DNA of 63,627 nucleotides, filler included, from Octopus bimaculoides (GCF_001194135.2; 6 parts of 6 records of this genome joined end to end with filler, not necessarily neighbours in it); one strand, 5' to 3'. Numbered from the whole stretch's first letter, positions 1 through 11,502 are shown. Notes: generated from the sequence alone by a model not told the origin. Made by a program: numbers and translations.

Positions 1-1601
1 GGGAGACAATAAAATACAGGTGTTCTTCTTTCTGACCTTAAAATATTAGATTCAGCCTTATTAACGAAATTGTTTTCCTCCATTTCCAGAATTATTTTGT
101 CAAGTCCCTCTCTGTAATTGGGGTTTGGATCGACAGGTAATTCTTCATATGAAGTTTTGTCAGTTAAAATTTCTTTTCTAACCGAAATATACTCACTTTT
201 GTCCATAAACACGATAGTACTTCCCTTATCCGCCATCTTAATAACAATAGAATCGTTATTAGCTAGACGTCGGAGTGCGTGACGTTGGGAATTTGTGAGG
301 TTATTCCAGGACTTCTCTCCACTTGTTTTAAGGCTTTCTCTAATGCCTGCCTGACAAGATTCAAGAAATTCCGGTAGTGCTTGTGAATGTCCCTCCCGAA
401 CTTTATCTGGATATTAATTGGGATTCTTTTCAATCCAATTATGCCAGATTCGATGATCATCATTTTTAGTAAACATAGGGTTTTCTGACTCCTCGTTACC
501 AGTTTTTTCAAAAACATATTCTTTCAGCTTGTGGCGGAGGAGAAACTGAAATAGCCTTTGAGNNNNNNNNNNNNNNNNNNNNNNNNNNNNNNNNNNNNNN
601 NNNNNNNNNNNNNNNNNNNNNNNNNNNNNNNNNNNNNNNNNNNNNNNNNNNNNNNNNNNNNNNNNNNNNNNNNNNNNNNNNNNNNNNNNNNNNNNNNNNN
701 NNNNNNNNNNNNNNNNNNNNNNNNNNNNNNNNNNNNNNNNNNNNNNNNNNNNNNNNNNNNNNNNNNNNNNNNNNNNNNNNNNNNNNNNNNNNNNNNNNNN
801 NNNNNNNNNNNNNNNNNNNNNNNNNNNNNNNNNNNNNNNNNNNNNNNNNNNNNNNNNNNNNNNNNNNNNNNNNNNNNNNNNNNNNNNNNNNNNNNNNNNN
901 NNNNNNNNNNNNNNNNNNNNNNNNNNNNNNNNNNNNNNNNNNNNNNNNNNNNNNNNNNNNNNNNNNNNNNNNNNNNNNNNNNNNNNNNNNNNNNNNNNNN
1001 NNNNNNNNNNNNNNNNNNNNNNNNNNNNNNNNNNNNNNNNNNNNNNNNNNNNNNNNNNNNNNNNNNNNNNNNNNNNNNNNNNNNNNNNNNNNNNNNNNNN
1101 NNNNNNNNNNNNNNNNNNNNNNNNNNNNNNNNNNNNNNNNNNNTTTCTAAGGGTAATCCATTTCTGGGTGGGAGATAGAAAGTGAGTGATTTCTGTGGTT
1201 TTTGTAGACATTTGAAAAATCTTTACTTTCTGGAAAGGAACAAATTTATTGTTTTCGAAGCAAAATCTTAAGTGTGCTCGCATTTTAGACTGATCAAATA
1301 GAAACTTCTCTGGAGCGTTTCCAATTACCAGTTCAAATGCATACGCCAGGGCAAATGGGTCACAATCATATGCGCCAACTTGGGGATCAATTATATGAAC
1401 TTGTTGAATTGTAGGAATAATGTTTGTGGTGAATACAACGTTGTTATTTGTGCCATTAGTTCCTGCGAAACTGGTAAATTCAAACTGTCATAAATATAAA
1501 CATCTCCGAAAAAATTTGTTGACAAAACAAAACGATCGTTCCTGGTGTGATGCATAAACAGTGTGCGGTGTGGATTGTATGTCAGAAATTCCGTGTGAGA
1601 A
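1..1601 (-). mobile_element. Penelope-like element fragment, copy 1 (protease domain + RT N-terminal part; contains an N gap)
   Basis: Minus-strand translation gives FQFLLRHKLKEY, NSIVIKMADKGSTIVFMDK and TPVFYCL motifs typical of the PLE RT N-terminus. The sequence is a direct-repeat homologue of about 3547-4785. Confidence 0.85.
1230..1590 (-). pseudogene. Ulp1/C48-like cysteine protease domain (frameshifted) in PLE copy 1
   Basis: Manual translation: LFMHHTRNDRFVLSTNFFGDVYIYDSLNLPVSQELMAQITTLYSP / frameshift / IQQVHIIDPQVGAYDCDPFALAYAFELVIGNAPEKFLFDQSKMRAHLRFCFENNKFVPF. The YDSL Asp codon is at 1487-1489 and the YDC Cys codon at 1362-1364. Confidence 0.7.
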
Positions 1602-1610
1602 AAAAAAAAT

Positions 1611-1778
1611 TAATAATAATAATAATATCTTTTCTACCCTAGGCACAAGGCCCGAAACTTTCCGAGAGGGTGCTAGTCGATTAGATCGACCGCACTACTT
1701 GATTGGTACTTACATTATCGACTGCGAAAGAATGAAAGCAAAGTCGACCTCTACGGAATTTGAACTCAGGACGTAAAG
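1611..1778 (-). mobile_element. tRNA-derived SINE, family 1 (3' part) with (AAT)n tail
   Basis: Reverse complement of the gagttcaaattccg..gtcgac..gtcgataa..ggccttgtgcc body seen intact at 26133-26344. Confidence 0.75.
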
Positions 1779-2565
1779 AAATTTAGGGTGAAGGAAGTTG
1801 TAATAATAATTTAGTGTTGCTGGCGAGGATTTTTCCCGTTTTTCTGTACATCGTACATGTATAGCGAGAAGAGTTATGTAAGAATGAATAACCAACTTCT
1901 GTAGCATGGCACGCACGCACACACACGTACACACACACACACTCACTTACAAACACAGGGACACATATAGACACACATTCACTAACAGACACACACACAC
2001 AACTACATATATATATGTGCGCATGTGTATGAAGCTATGTCTTTTCAAATGTCTAAAAATATATTAGTTATTAAAAGTCTGGTTTGATAACTTTTTAAAC
2101 AATTTTGTTTCATACCTATCTAACTTGGCATTTTCTACTTTTTATTACAAGATAGGCTTCTTCAGTAATGTTGCCATTACGTTATATTTCATTACCAGCC
2201 ATCACATAAGACTTTTCCCTCGTTAATATATTAAACATGAAATTGAATGTATTTCAGTTTTGGAATTATAATGACTTGTCAAGACCGGGTACTATTAATA
2301 TAAAATATTTATCTAAAGGTCATGTTAAGCATTACTTTTAGTTTTCAAATATAATCTCATTGACAGGTTATGTTTGAATACAATATTTAATGACCTACAT
2401 CAGTAATTGTGTCCTTTCTTTGGATCCAGAAGACAAGAAACGTAAAGTTAAGCTAGGAAGAGTTCGAATCAGAAGAGTTTGAACTCAAAACATAAAGAAG
2501 CAAAACCAGATATTGCAAGCATATTTTTCCCAAGACAAACACATACACACACACACATATTCACA

Positions 2566-2825
2566 TGCGGATGGTACCCAAAAGTAACCGGAAAAGTTAT
2601 CTGTGGGACAACCCCATAGTAGTGCAGGCGTCCGCCACTAGAAGCCACTTGATGCGATCTTTAGTCGTCAATCTGTCGACCGGTGTTGTTCGGTGGGCTG
2701 GTTCTGCCACGTGATGCATCTTTGTTTTGCAGTGCTCCTCCCCTGTTCGTCGATTTTTTGCGATGGCTGAAACGACGGAACAGGGTGCTTCCGTGAAATT
2801 CTGTTTTCTGCTGGGGAAAACGGTG
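2566..2825 (+). mobile_element. Mariner 5' end relic
   Basis: TIR-like ggatggtacccaaaagtaaccgga, followed by MAETTEQGASVKFCFLLGKT, the mariner N-terminal EQR..IKFCF.LGK motif. Confidence 0.7.
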
Positions 2826-2878
2826 ACCGATCATAACTTTGTGAGTGAATTTGGTAGACGGAAACGGATAGAAGTCGT

Positions 2879-2880
<2 letters not shown>

Positions 2881-2937
<57 letters not shown>

Positions 2938-2961
2938 GTATATATATATATAGATAGATAT

Positions 2962-3021
<60 letters not shown>
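2881..3021 (+). repeat. Compound microsatellite (TG)(TA)n(TATG)(GATA)n, representative of dozens in the window
   Basis: Other examples: 10025-10180, 14076-14600, 31705-31800, 32040-32170, 32470-32660, 35160-35520, 53557-53705, 61730-61920. Confidence 0.95.
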
Positions 3022-3022
<1 letters not shown>

Positions 3023-3429
3023 CCTAAAGTAATAATGCTTCCATTGTTTTGATTATCACCATGTTTAATGGGAAATGATTCTCAATACAAATATACATAT
3101 ACTTTTTCCAATGACGAAAATATACTTCACGATATATATACATATATATATATAAAACAAAGTAAAGTTGTCAGATACCACACGAGTGGAAATATATATG
3201 AAAGAAGGTATGAAAATGCAATTTTAAAGATGTTTATTCACTTAAGCGGTTTCACTTTTTTAGAAAATGATTGTCGAAAGTAAAATGTAAAGCTTTGTTG
3301 TGTTATATAGTGTTTCTCACAAAAGTATTAAAATACATATATACATTTTTGATAATAATAAGAAAATGTTAAAAACAGTTTACAACAAAGTATTCAACAA
3401 AAAGTATTAGGAGTTCAATAAAAATCATG

Positions 3430-5035
3430 TTTGCGCCGGGGAGGAGAAAGCCATCCAGCCATTCCGAAATTTTGGCCGTACAACATTCATATCCGCTGTA
3501 AATTGGGCGCATTGGAGGAAACCTTTCGAACTTTTTGTGTATTTTAGTGAGACAATAAAATACAGGTGTTCTTCTTTCAGACCTTAAAATCCTAGATTCA
3601 GCCTTATTAACGAAATTGTTTTCCTCCATTTCCAGAATTATTTTATCAAGTTCCTCTCTGTAATTGGGGATTGGATCGACAGGTAATTGTTCACATGAAG
3701 TTTTGTCATTTTAAAATTTCTTCACAAGTCGAAATATACTAGCTTTTGTCCATAAACACGATAGTACTTCCCTTATCCGCCATCTTAATAACAATAGAAT
3801 CGTTATTACCTGACGTCGGAGTGCGTAACGTTGGGAATTTGTGAGGTTATTCCAGGACTTCTCTCCACTTGTTTTAAGGCTTTCTCTAATGCCTGCCTGA
3901 CAAAATTCAAGAAATTCCAGTAGTGTTTGTGAACGTCCATCCCGAACTTTATCTGGAAACCAATTGGGATTCTTTTCAATCCAATTATGTCAGATTCGAT
4001 CATCATCATATTTAGTAACCATAGGGTTTTCTGACTCCTCGTTACCAGTTTTTTCAAAAAATATTCTTTCAGCTTGTGGCGGCGGACAAACTGAAATAGC
4101 CCTTGAGCTAGTTTATTCTTGTCGAAATCCTTAGTGCTTCGGCAAAAACTCAGTCCAAGCTCTAATACTGAGATATCGTCGGGCGAAAGTTTTAGTTTAG
4201 ATAAATTTATAACCGATTTATTCTCTAGTGTGATGGTTTTTCTCTGGCAAGTAGTTTCAGAGTCTTTTCTCATTAGATTCGTGACTATTTTGGGGGCTTT
4301 GCTTGAAATCTTCACTTAAAATGCGGAACATATTGGGTGATAAAAATTTGTTCTGAATGTCCATGTGAGAAGTTATAATTTTTAGTCGTCTTTCTAGGGG
4401 TAATCCATTTCTGAGTGGGAGATAGAAAGTGAGTGATTTCTGTGGTTTTTGTAGACATTTGAAAAATCTTTACTTTCTGGAAAGGAACAAATTTATTGTT
4501 TTCGAGGCAAAATCTTAAGTGTGCTCGCATTTTAGACTGATCAAATAGAAACTTCTCTGGAGCGTTTCCAATTACCAGTTCAAATGCATACGCCAGGGCA
4601 AATGGGTCACAATCATATGCGCCAGCTTGGGGATTAATTATATGAACTTGTTGAATTGTAAGAATAATGTTTGTGGTGAATACAACGTTGTTATTTGTGC
4701 CATTGACAAAACAAAATGATCGTTCCAGGTGTGATGAATAAACAATGTGCGGTGTGGATTGTATGTTAGAAATTCTGTGTGAGAAGAAATGGTTGGTTGT
4801 ATTGGAATTTCTTGAAACTTTTCCGTTACGATTTTCAACCCGGCGTCAATGGGTTTATCACACAACATTTGTCCTGAAAGTAAAAACGACTTCCCCTCAT
4901 ATTTCAAAGCAAATATTCTCAGCCAAAATGTTCCCTTGCCCACCGGCTCAGAAGAATGGAAAATCAGCTTTTTCAGCTTCTTTTCTTTTTTTGTCTTCAG
5001 GGCTGAGGATAGTTTAATGGACTGTTATGCTAGAA
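3430..5035 (-). mobile_element. PLE copy 2, inverted 5' segment (N-terminus, protease domain, RT N-terminal half)
   Basis: Reads KKEKKLKKL, then the protease region, then KSVINLSKLKLSPDDISVLELGLSF, then RTPVFYCLTKIHKKFERFPPMRPIYSG..TAKISEWLD, all PLE hallmarks. Multiple frameshifts. Confidence 0.9.
4470..4885 (-). pseudogene. Ulp1/C48-like protease domain in PLE copy 2
   Basis: LLSGQMLCDKPIDAGLKIVTEKFQEIPIQPT...LFIHHTWNDHFVLS (His codon 4716-4718)...YDCDPFALAYAFEL (Cys codon 4609-4611)...FDQSKMRAHLRFCLENNKFVPF. The YDSL block is deleted relative to copy 1. Confidence 0.7.
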
Positions 5036-5039
5036 ACTA

Positions 5040-6400
5040 TGGCTTTAAGTCCAACATAAAATTTACGTCTAGTTTTTCAAGAACTAGCGTTGAATTTTTG
5101 CGCACAAAAGTCAAGTTTTCTGGTGGCAGAATAGTGACAGACTTATTTTGCAAGCCCACGGCATCCCACATTTATCTCCACTCCGATTATCCACATCATC
5201 TTATTCGGTCAAATCCGAAATCCCAATTTTTGAGGATAAAACGGATTTGTACTGACATAGGGGATGACTAGAAACATGTAAATGCTTTTGTATGTCATTA
5301 TGTCAAACGAGGTTACAGTGAATCACGATTAAAGGAAATAGCAAATGAAAGAGCTAAGATTAGCAAAGATAGTCAAACCTACACTCATAATTTTGGTAAA
5401 CACAATACAATAGACGATAGAATTCCTTTAGTGATTAGCTGGCACCGACATTTCGCTGGCATTTCAAAAGTGTTGCATGAAAGTTACCAGCATGTGGTGA
5501 AAAAATATCCTCGTTTCAAACAGATATTTCCTCAGCTGCTCATTATAGCCTTTAGACGGAATAAGAATATAAAAGAATTATTGACCTCTATATCTGACTC
5601 CAAGAAAACGAACATTGGAGTATCTGCACGCTGTACTTTAAAGAACAACCGCAAGAGAGGTAAGCCCTGTTCATTGTGCAACAACATGAGTGAAATGAAT
5701 GCCATCAGAAATCATAACAGATTTATACAGAAGGGGGAACCTGTAAAGATTCCCATTTGGCGTACGCTGCAGAATCCACGAAACACAACTTAATTTATGT
5801 TGGTTGTACAACAGAACAATTATACAAAAGGGTTAATGGGCACAGATTCGACGTCAGGCACAATAACAGTAGTTCGACAGAACTTGCTGAACGTTTCATT
5901 TCAAGCGGCTGCAATTTTGAAGAAGACTTGTAAGTGCATATTCTCAGAAAATATTCTGAATCTGCTCCAGAATATATGAGGAGAAATTTGTCTGCGGGTT
6001 ATTAACATCACGCCCTGGAGGAATGAATAAGATGACAGGAGAATATCATCAAATTTATACAAAACAGTTTGATTAAATATTCTTCTTTCTCTCTTTTTCT
6101 TTCTTTTTTTCTGTCGTCTTCTTTTTTCTATTTTTTCTGTCTTTTTCTTTTTGCCTGGTATAAACTTGTAACTTAAAAACTGATGATGTCATTCCATCGA
6201 CGTATGGATGCTGGTTGCTCTCGTTCATACTTTACGTTTAAATTTCTGTAATTGTGAATTTTTATCAGTTTTTATTTTGAACTTGACAAAGACAGACGTA
6301 CCCGTTGAAACATCGTTCAACTAATAAAATATCTTACAACCGAATCGCGCTCTTCGTCTTGACTGTTTACCTTTGTGAAGAGTTACGCCAATCCGTTTTA
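5040..6400 (+). mobile_element. PLE copy 2, sense 3' segment (RT C-terminus/thumb, Cys linker, GIY-YIG endonuclease, 3' UTR)
   Basis: NIKFT..SVEFL..TDLFCKPT..YLH..HP.HLI.S.PKSQFLRIKRIC; AFRRNKNIKELL; RGKPCSLC; LIYVGCTTEQLYKRVNGHRFD; terminal PGGMNK; T-rich 3' UTR. Confidence 0.92.
6277..6320 (+). ncRNA. Minimal type I hammerhead ribozyme-like motif in the PLE 3' end
   Basis: TTGAAC-TTGACAA-A-GAC(agacgtaccc)GTT-GAAA-C-ATC-GTTCAA: 6-bp stem I, a U3:A8 core variant, 3-bp stem II and an AUC cleavage triplet. Confidence 0.6.
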
Positions 6401-6930
6401 AAATATATTAGTCCTATTATTATTAGTATATATACTGAGAGAGGGGGGGGGAGAAAAAGATTCATGTAAAAATAGTTGACATATAAAGCGTCTACTGTAA
6501 TTAAGTACTCAATACTGGGTCGTTTAAACGAAACACGTTATGACATTGCAGTAAATCCAAGTGGAAAAGCTTACACGTATGTTATGATTAGCATAGTCTG
6601 TAATATCCAGCATAGTATAAGATAAATATTATTGTTAATTTAGATTTATATTAATTTATTTATATGCATCTTAATTAGGTATTATGGAATTAATTATGCT
6701 TATTCGTAATATTCTTAATGAAATAGCTGTTGAAGTAATTCAATTATGAACTCTCCGTCAAACATAATTGTCTGCTTATATATNNNNNNNNNNNNNNNNN
6801 NNNNNNNNNNNNNNNNNNNNNNNNNNNNNNNNNNNNNNNNNNNNNNNNNNNNNNNNNNNNNNNNNNNNNNNNNNNNNNNNNNNNNNNNNNNNNNNNNNNN
6901 NNNNNNTATATATATATACATATATATATA

Positions 6931-7140
6931 GGGAAGACGCGTAGTTTAGTGGTTAGTGCGTTCAACTCACAATCAGCGGTGCGTTGTTTCCTTGACCAAG
7001 ACTCTTTATTCCACATTGCTGCAGTCTGGTCAGCTGACAAAAATAGTCGTGTCATGGATCAGTGGACTGGCCTTGTCATATTCCGTGTGAGACGCTGAAT
7101 CTCCTTGAGAACCTCGTTAAAAGTACATGTGTCTGTGGAC
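6931..7140 (+). mobile_element. Degenerate tRNA-derived SINE
   Basis: A-box-like tagtttagtggttag. The 3' part, gacgctgaatctcc..gagaacc.cgttaa..gtgtctgtgga, matches the body of the 13352-13719 family. Confidence 0.55.
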
Positions 7141-7611
7141 GAGTAAATATGTGTGTACATGTGTGTACATGTGTGAGTGTGTGTGCTTGTGTATGTGTAT
7201 GCGCGTGTTTGTGCTTGTATGTGTATGTGTGTATGTGTTTGATTTCATGTCCTTCATGAACACATATATCTGCGCACACACTTAAACCAAAATTAGTCTA
7301 ATTATATTTTGATCGCCGGAGTTGACAATTCAAGAATATTTGTATGATATTCAGGTGCTTGTCTAATTCTCCATATTTCTATTGACAAGAGACGTTTCTC
7401 CTTAATATCAATTATAATAGTTATACTATCGATAGTAATTAATAAATATAATTATTTCTCTGACTGTATACTCAACAACTTCAATATTGCATTTATACAC
7501 TTAAATACTGTTTAGCAGCTTTCGATACACCTCACTTAACCTTCGTAATTATTTTGATCTCAACTTACTTAAATCATTTCACTCCTTTATTTTATGACTA
7601 TTTATTTAGAA

Positions 7612-7836
7612 GGTGGTGAGATGGAGCAATCGTTACACACTGAAGAAAGTGCCTAGTAACATTTCGCCTGCCTTTACATTCTGAGTTCAAATTCTGCCGA
7701 GGTCGATTTTGTCTCTCATCCTTTTGCGGTTGATAAAATTCTTTACAAGACGAGCACTGGCATCGATATAATTTACTAGTCCCCCACCATCCTCCAAAAG
7801 AATTCAGGTCTTGTACCTGTAGTAGAAATGGTTATT
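7612..7836 (+). mobile_element. tRNA-derived SINE family 1, diverged
   Basis: Same head, B-box and body order as 26133-26344. A further degenerate partial copy follows at about 7855-7965. Confidence 0.7.
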
Positions 7837-8069
7837 CCTTTATTGAAAAACCGATGGGTTGGCGTGTTAAAGAAAAGACTTAGCGGCAATTTTTACGTTC
7901 TCAGCTCAAATTCCGCCTCAATTGGGGTGACATTCCACCTTTTCACGGTCGATAAAATAAGTACAATTCACACTACATTTTCAAGTCTTGTGTCTATAAT
8001 ATAAAGAATTATTACATTATTTACATTATTTACATTTGACAGATATTTCTCCTCATCTTGTTTGTTGTT

Positions 8070-8115
8070 AACACAACGTTTCGGCTGATATACCCTACTG
8101 CCTTCATCAGGTGTC
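8070..8115 (-). ncRNA. Minimal hammerhead ribozyme motif (best-preserved copy)
   Basis: GACAC-CTGATGA-A-GGCAG(tagggtatat)CAGCC-GAAA-C-GTT-GTGTT. Stem I is GACAC/GTGTT, stem III is the palindrome ACGT, the triplet is GUU, and stem II has one mismatch. Confidence 0.72.
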
Positions 8116-8234
8116 TTGGGGAAATTTCGAACCTGGGTTCTCATTCCTAAGGTATTTTTCGATGTTATTATGGCGTAGTGGTTTAGAGCGCGCGCTACTA
8201 ACCTCAAGATTCCGAGTTCGATTCCAGGCAGTGA

Positions 8235-8280
<46 letters not shown>

Positions 8281-8328
8281 CTCGAAAAATACCTTAGGAA
8301 TGAGAACCCAGGTTCGAAATTACCCCAT

Positions 8329-8374
8329 GACACCTGACGAAAGTTGGAGTGTATATCAGCCGAAACGTTATGTT
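8329..8374 (+). ncRNA. Degenerate hammerhead motif
   Basis: GACAC-CTGACGA-A-AGTTG(gagtgtatat)CAGCC-GAAAC-GTT-ATGTT, with mismatches in stems I and II. Confidence 0.55.
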
Positions 8375-8419
8375 AACAACAAACAAGATGAGGACAAATA
8401 TCCGTCAAATGTTACGGGA

Positions 8420-8668
8420 AATAATCGCATCAGCACCGATTGCCAAACAGTGGCGGGGGAACAAACACAGGCACAAAGACACATGCACTCACACACACAC
8501 GTACACACACACACACGTACACACACACACACTAATATACATATACACGACGGGCTTCTTTCAGTTTCCACTCACAAGCCTTTGGTCCGCCCGGAGCTAT
8601 AGTTGAACCCAACATGCCACACAATGGGATTGAACCCGGAACCATGAGGTTAGGAAGTAAGCTTCTTT
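8420..8668 (-). mobile_element. tRNA-derived SINE family 2 (internal microsatellite), partial
   Basis: Reverse complement of ..gaaactgaaagaagcccgtcg + microsatellite + tgtttgttcccc, as in 57200-57555. Confidence 0.6.
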
Positions 8669-9315
8669 CGGAAAACTACCATCTTCAAAGTAAAGATGAA
8701 TATTTTGTACTTATATATTAATGTATTATGGTCTATACCTCATTTCTTCTTATGATTCTATACAGCTTAAATGTTTTGAAACTAGGGATTAATCGTGTCT
8801 TGACAGAGTTGGCTAGGCCCTCACTCCGGCTGATATTGAACCGTTTCAGCTCCACAATAGCATTGGTAGCTTCTATTGTACACATGACAAATATTGATTC
8901 AAACGTATATATGAAAATTCTAGAAAGATTTAATCAATTTTTATATTCAGAATATTTCATTATATTTTTGTCATAAACAAAATTTATTCTTCCCAATATT
9001 GTATCGAAAACGTTCAGTCTGTTACATATATATTAAACACATGTGTTCTTATATTTAAATGTATTAAATATATATATATATATATATGCATATATGTGTA
9101 TACATATACATCCACATCTAAATATATATGTACGTATAACATTTAATGCATATAGCAGTTATGTCGACACTATTATAGTTACATCACCATTCTAAATCGC
9201 TATGAAATTATCCTTCTCTTATTTACTATTTTTCCTAAACTAAATGTTTTCTGAACACACACACACACATACGCGCACGCATATACACGTATATGTATAT
9301 ATGTGTGTGTGTGTG

Positions 9316-9353
<38 letters not shown>

Positions 9354-10041
9354 CATTTAACACCTACAGAGGTATTTTGTAAATAATAGTGTATTTGGAA
9401 CTGAAAATTTGAAAACTTTTTGAATTTAATATACTGAATACTTTCGCTAGCTTACTTTGATTACTTCCTGCTTTAAAAATAAAACTTTTCATTTTGGTCA
9501 GTAATTTTTTAGAGAGCATATTTTCTACGGTATTATATGATATTCTTCCATCTTGTTAAATATACAATAAATTTAATATACGCTCTATGACTAAATATAT
9601 GTTTAATGCTCTCCGAGTTATTTTATAGGTATTGAATATTCTGAAAATAGACGTAGGCGTAGAGGGAGGTTTGTTTATCTACATCATCCTTCCGTTTAAT
9701 GAGATCTTGTCCTTATTAAATATTTGCCATAAACAGAAAGTTATTTGTAAATACGCCGCCTGAATTCCTAGGGAACGTGTGAAGTGGATTCACCTTTCGT
9801 TTAGAATATATTGAATAATTTATCTGTCACTAATATTCATTAATTTCTGGTGGAGATCCCTGAAAGACGAAACAATTGATTTCGTTACAACATTTTTATG
9901 TATAATTTTTGTTTTGTGGATAAATAATCCTATTGCATTTTATGTTCGCATTTCACATCGTTATATATGAGTTGCGTGTATATTAATTGCATTATTAATT
10001 CGTGCACATACACATACATATATATACACACATATACATGC

Positions 10042-10103
<62 letters not shown>

Positions 10104-10112
10104 ATGTATATA

Positions 10113-10167
<55 letters not shown>

Positions 10168-10473
10168 TTGTGTGTGTGTGTAAGAATTAGGGGTAATGGT
10201 ATGCTACATCGTAATAATCCTTATTATTACTAATATTGATATATATATTATGCGCGCGTGTGTGTGTCTGAATCTGATTGTACGTATATTGTTTATTTCG
10301 TGGTGGTGATTTTTGTTTGCCAAATAAACACACGCACTATATATTCGTTCTTCACTCGTTTATTACTCTTCTCATTCAAACTAAAGTCCATTGCCCGGAA
10401 CATATCCCAAAATAGAATATCTGTTTCAACACACGACTTCGCATCAGGTATCTTGCAACACAAATTCATAAAC

Positions 10474-10510
<37 letters not shown>

Positions 10511-10865
10511 CACATATGTAATATATATATACACATAGACACGCACATACACACACATATATACACACTTACATACAAACATATACAGGCATGTGCGTAT
10601 ACACATACACACATAAACATGCATACGCCTGTTTATACACATACATATGTAAACACATACACAAGGCCATACATATACGCTAAAAGTATGTCTTTAATTA
10701 TCTGTATGTGTGTATACATACACATTCGCATAAGTACGAGAAGAAAAAGTTAGGTATTTCGTTTGTATGCAAAGGAAAAATTTTATAAGAGGTGACAGAA
10801 TTATGTAAGTGGAAGATAAATTAGAATAGAAGATATGCATGCAAATAGGCACGTATTAATTTAAA

Positions 10866-10939
<74 letters not shown>

Positions 10940-11470
10940 CTATATATATATATATACATATACACGCGTATGCAGGAATAGATATACACTCATATACACA
11001 TACATATATACATATAAATATGCATATTCAATTTTGTTTAGTTGTATGTAAAAAGATATACGAGGAGAGAATAATTTTTGAGTATACAGAAAATGTGTGT
11101 ATACACTAGTAACTAAATATGCGCATATTAATTTAAATTGAATAGATACACACACACACACACACACACACTCACACAGACGCACACATATATATATATA
11201 GATATATAGATATGTATATATTCCTATAACTTTATTCATAATTTATAAAAGAATATTTCACTCTTTTATGAACCATACACTTATCTTTTTTGTATTTAAC
11301 TTTCCTCTATCATCTCTATTTAATTTAATTATTTATTTCTAATCAGCTTGTAAATCCCTCGGCCGTGACATTCAGTCTGCTAAAATGAATTCACAAACGG
11401 TGAAGAGGTGAAGATGACCAATTTGCTGTTAATAATAAACTACCCAATCTCCACTCTCTTCATTTAAATG

Positions 11471-11502
<32 letters not shown>

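Larger units (their letters stand above)
8011..8413. mobile_element. Head-to-head element: hammerhead unit (minus) + tRNA-like head + (AAT)n + hammerhead unit (plus)
   Basis: 8011-8170 is the reverse complement of 8274-8413. 8171-8238 carries an A box (TGGCGTAGTGG) and a B box (GTTCGATTCC). A homologue lies at 43248-43530. Confidence 0.8.

Noticed and set aside
6178-6215. CTGATGA in the PLE 3' UTR
   Set aside because: No downstream stem II-GAAA.
8171-8238. tRNA-like sequences here and at 13640-13719, 36748-36815 and 38050-38129 as tRNA genes
   Set aside because: A and B boxes are present, but there is no closed acceptor stem or cloverleaf, and each continues into a repeated SINE body.
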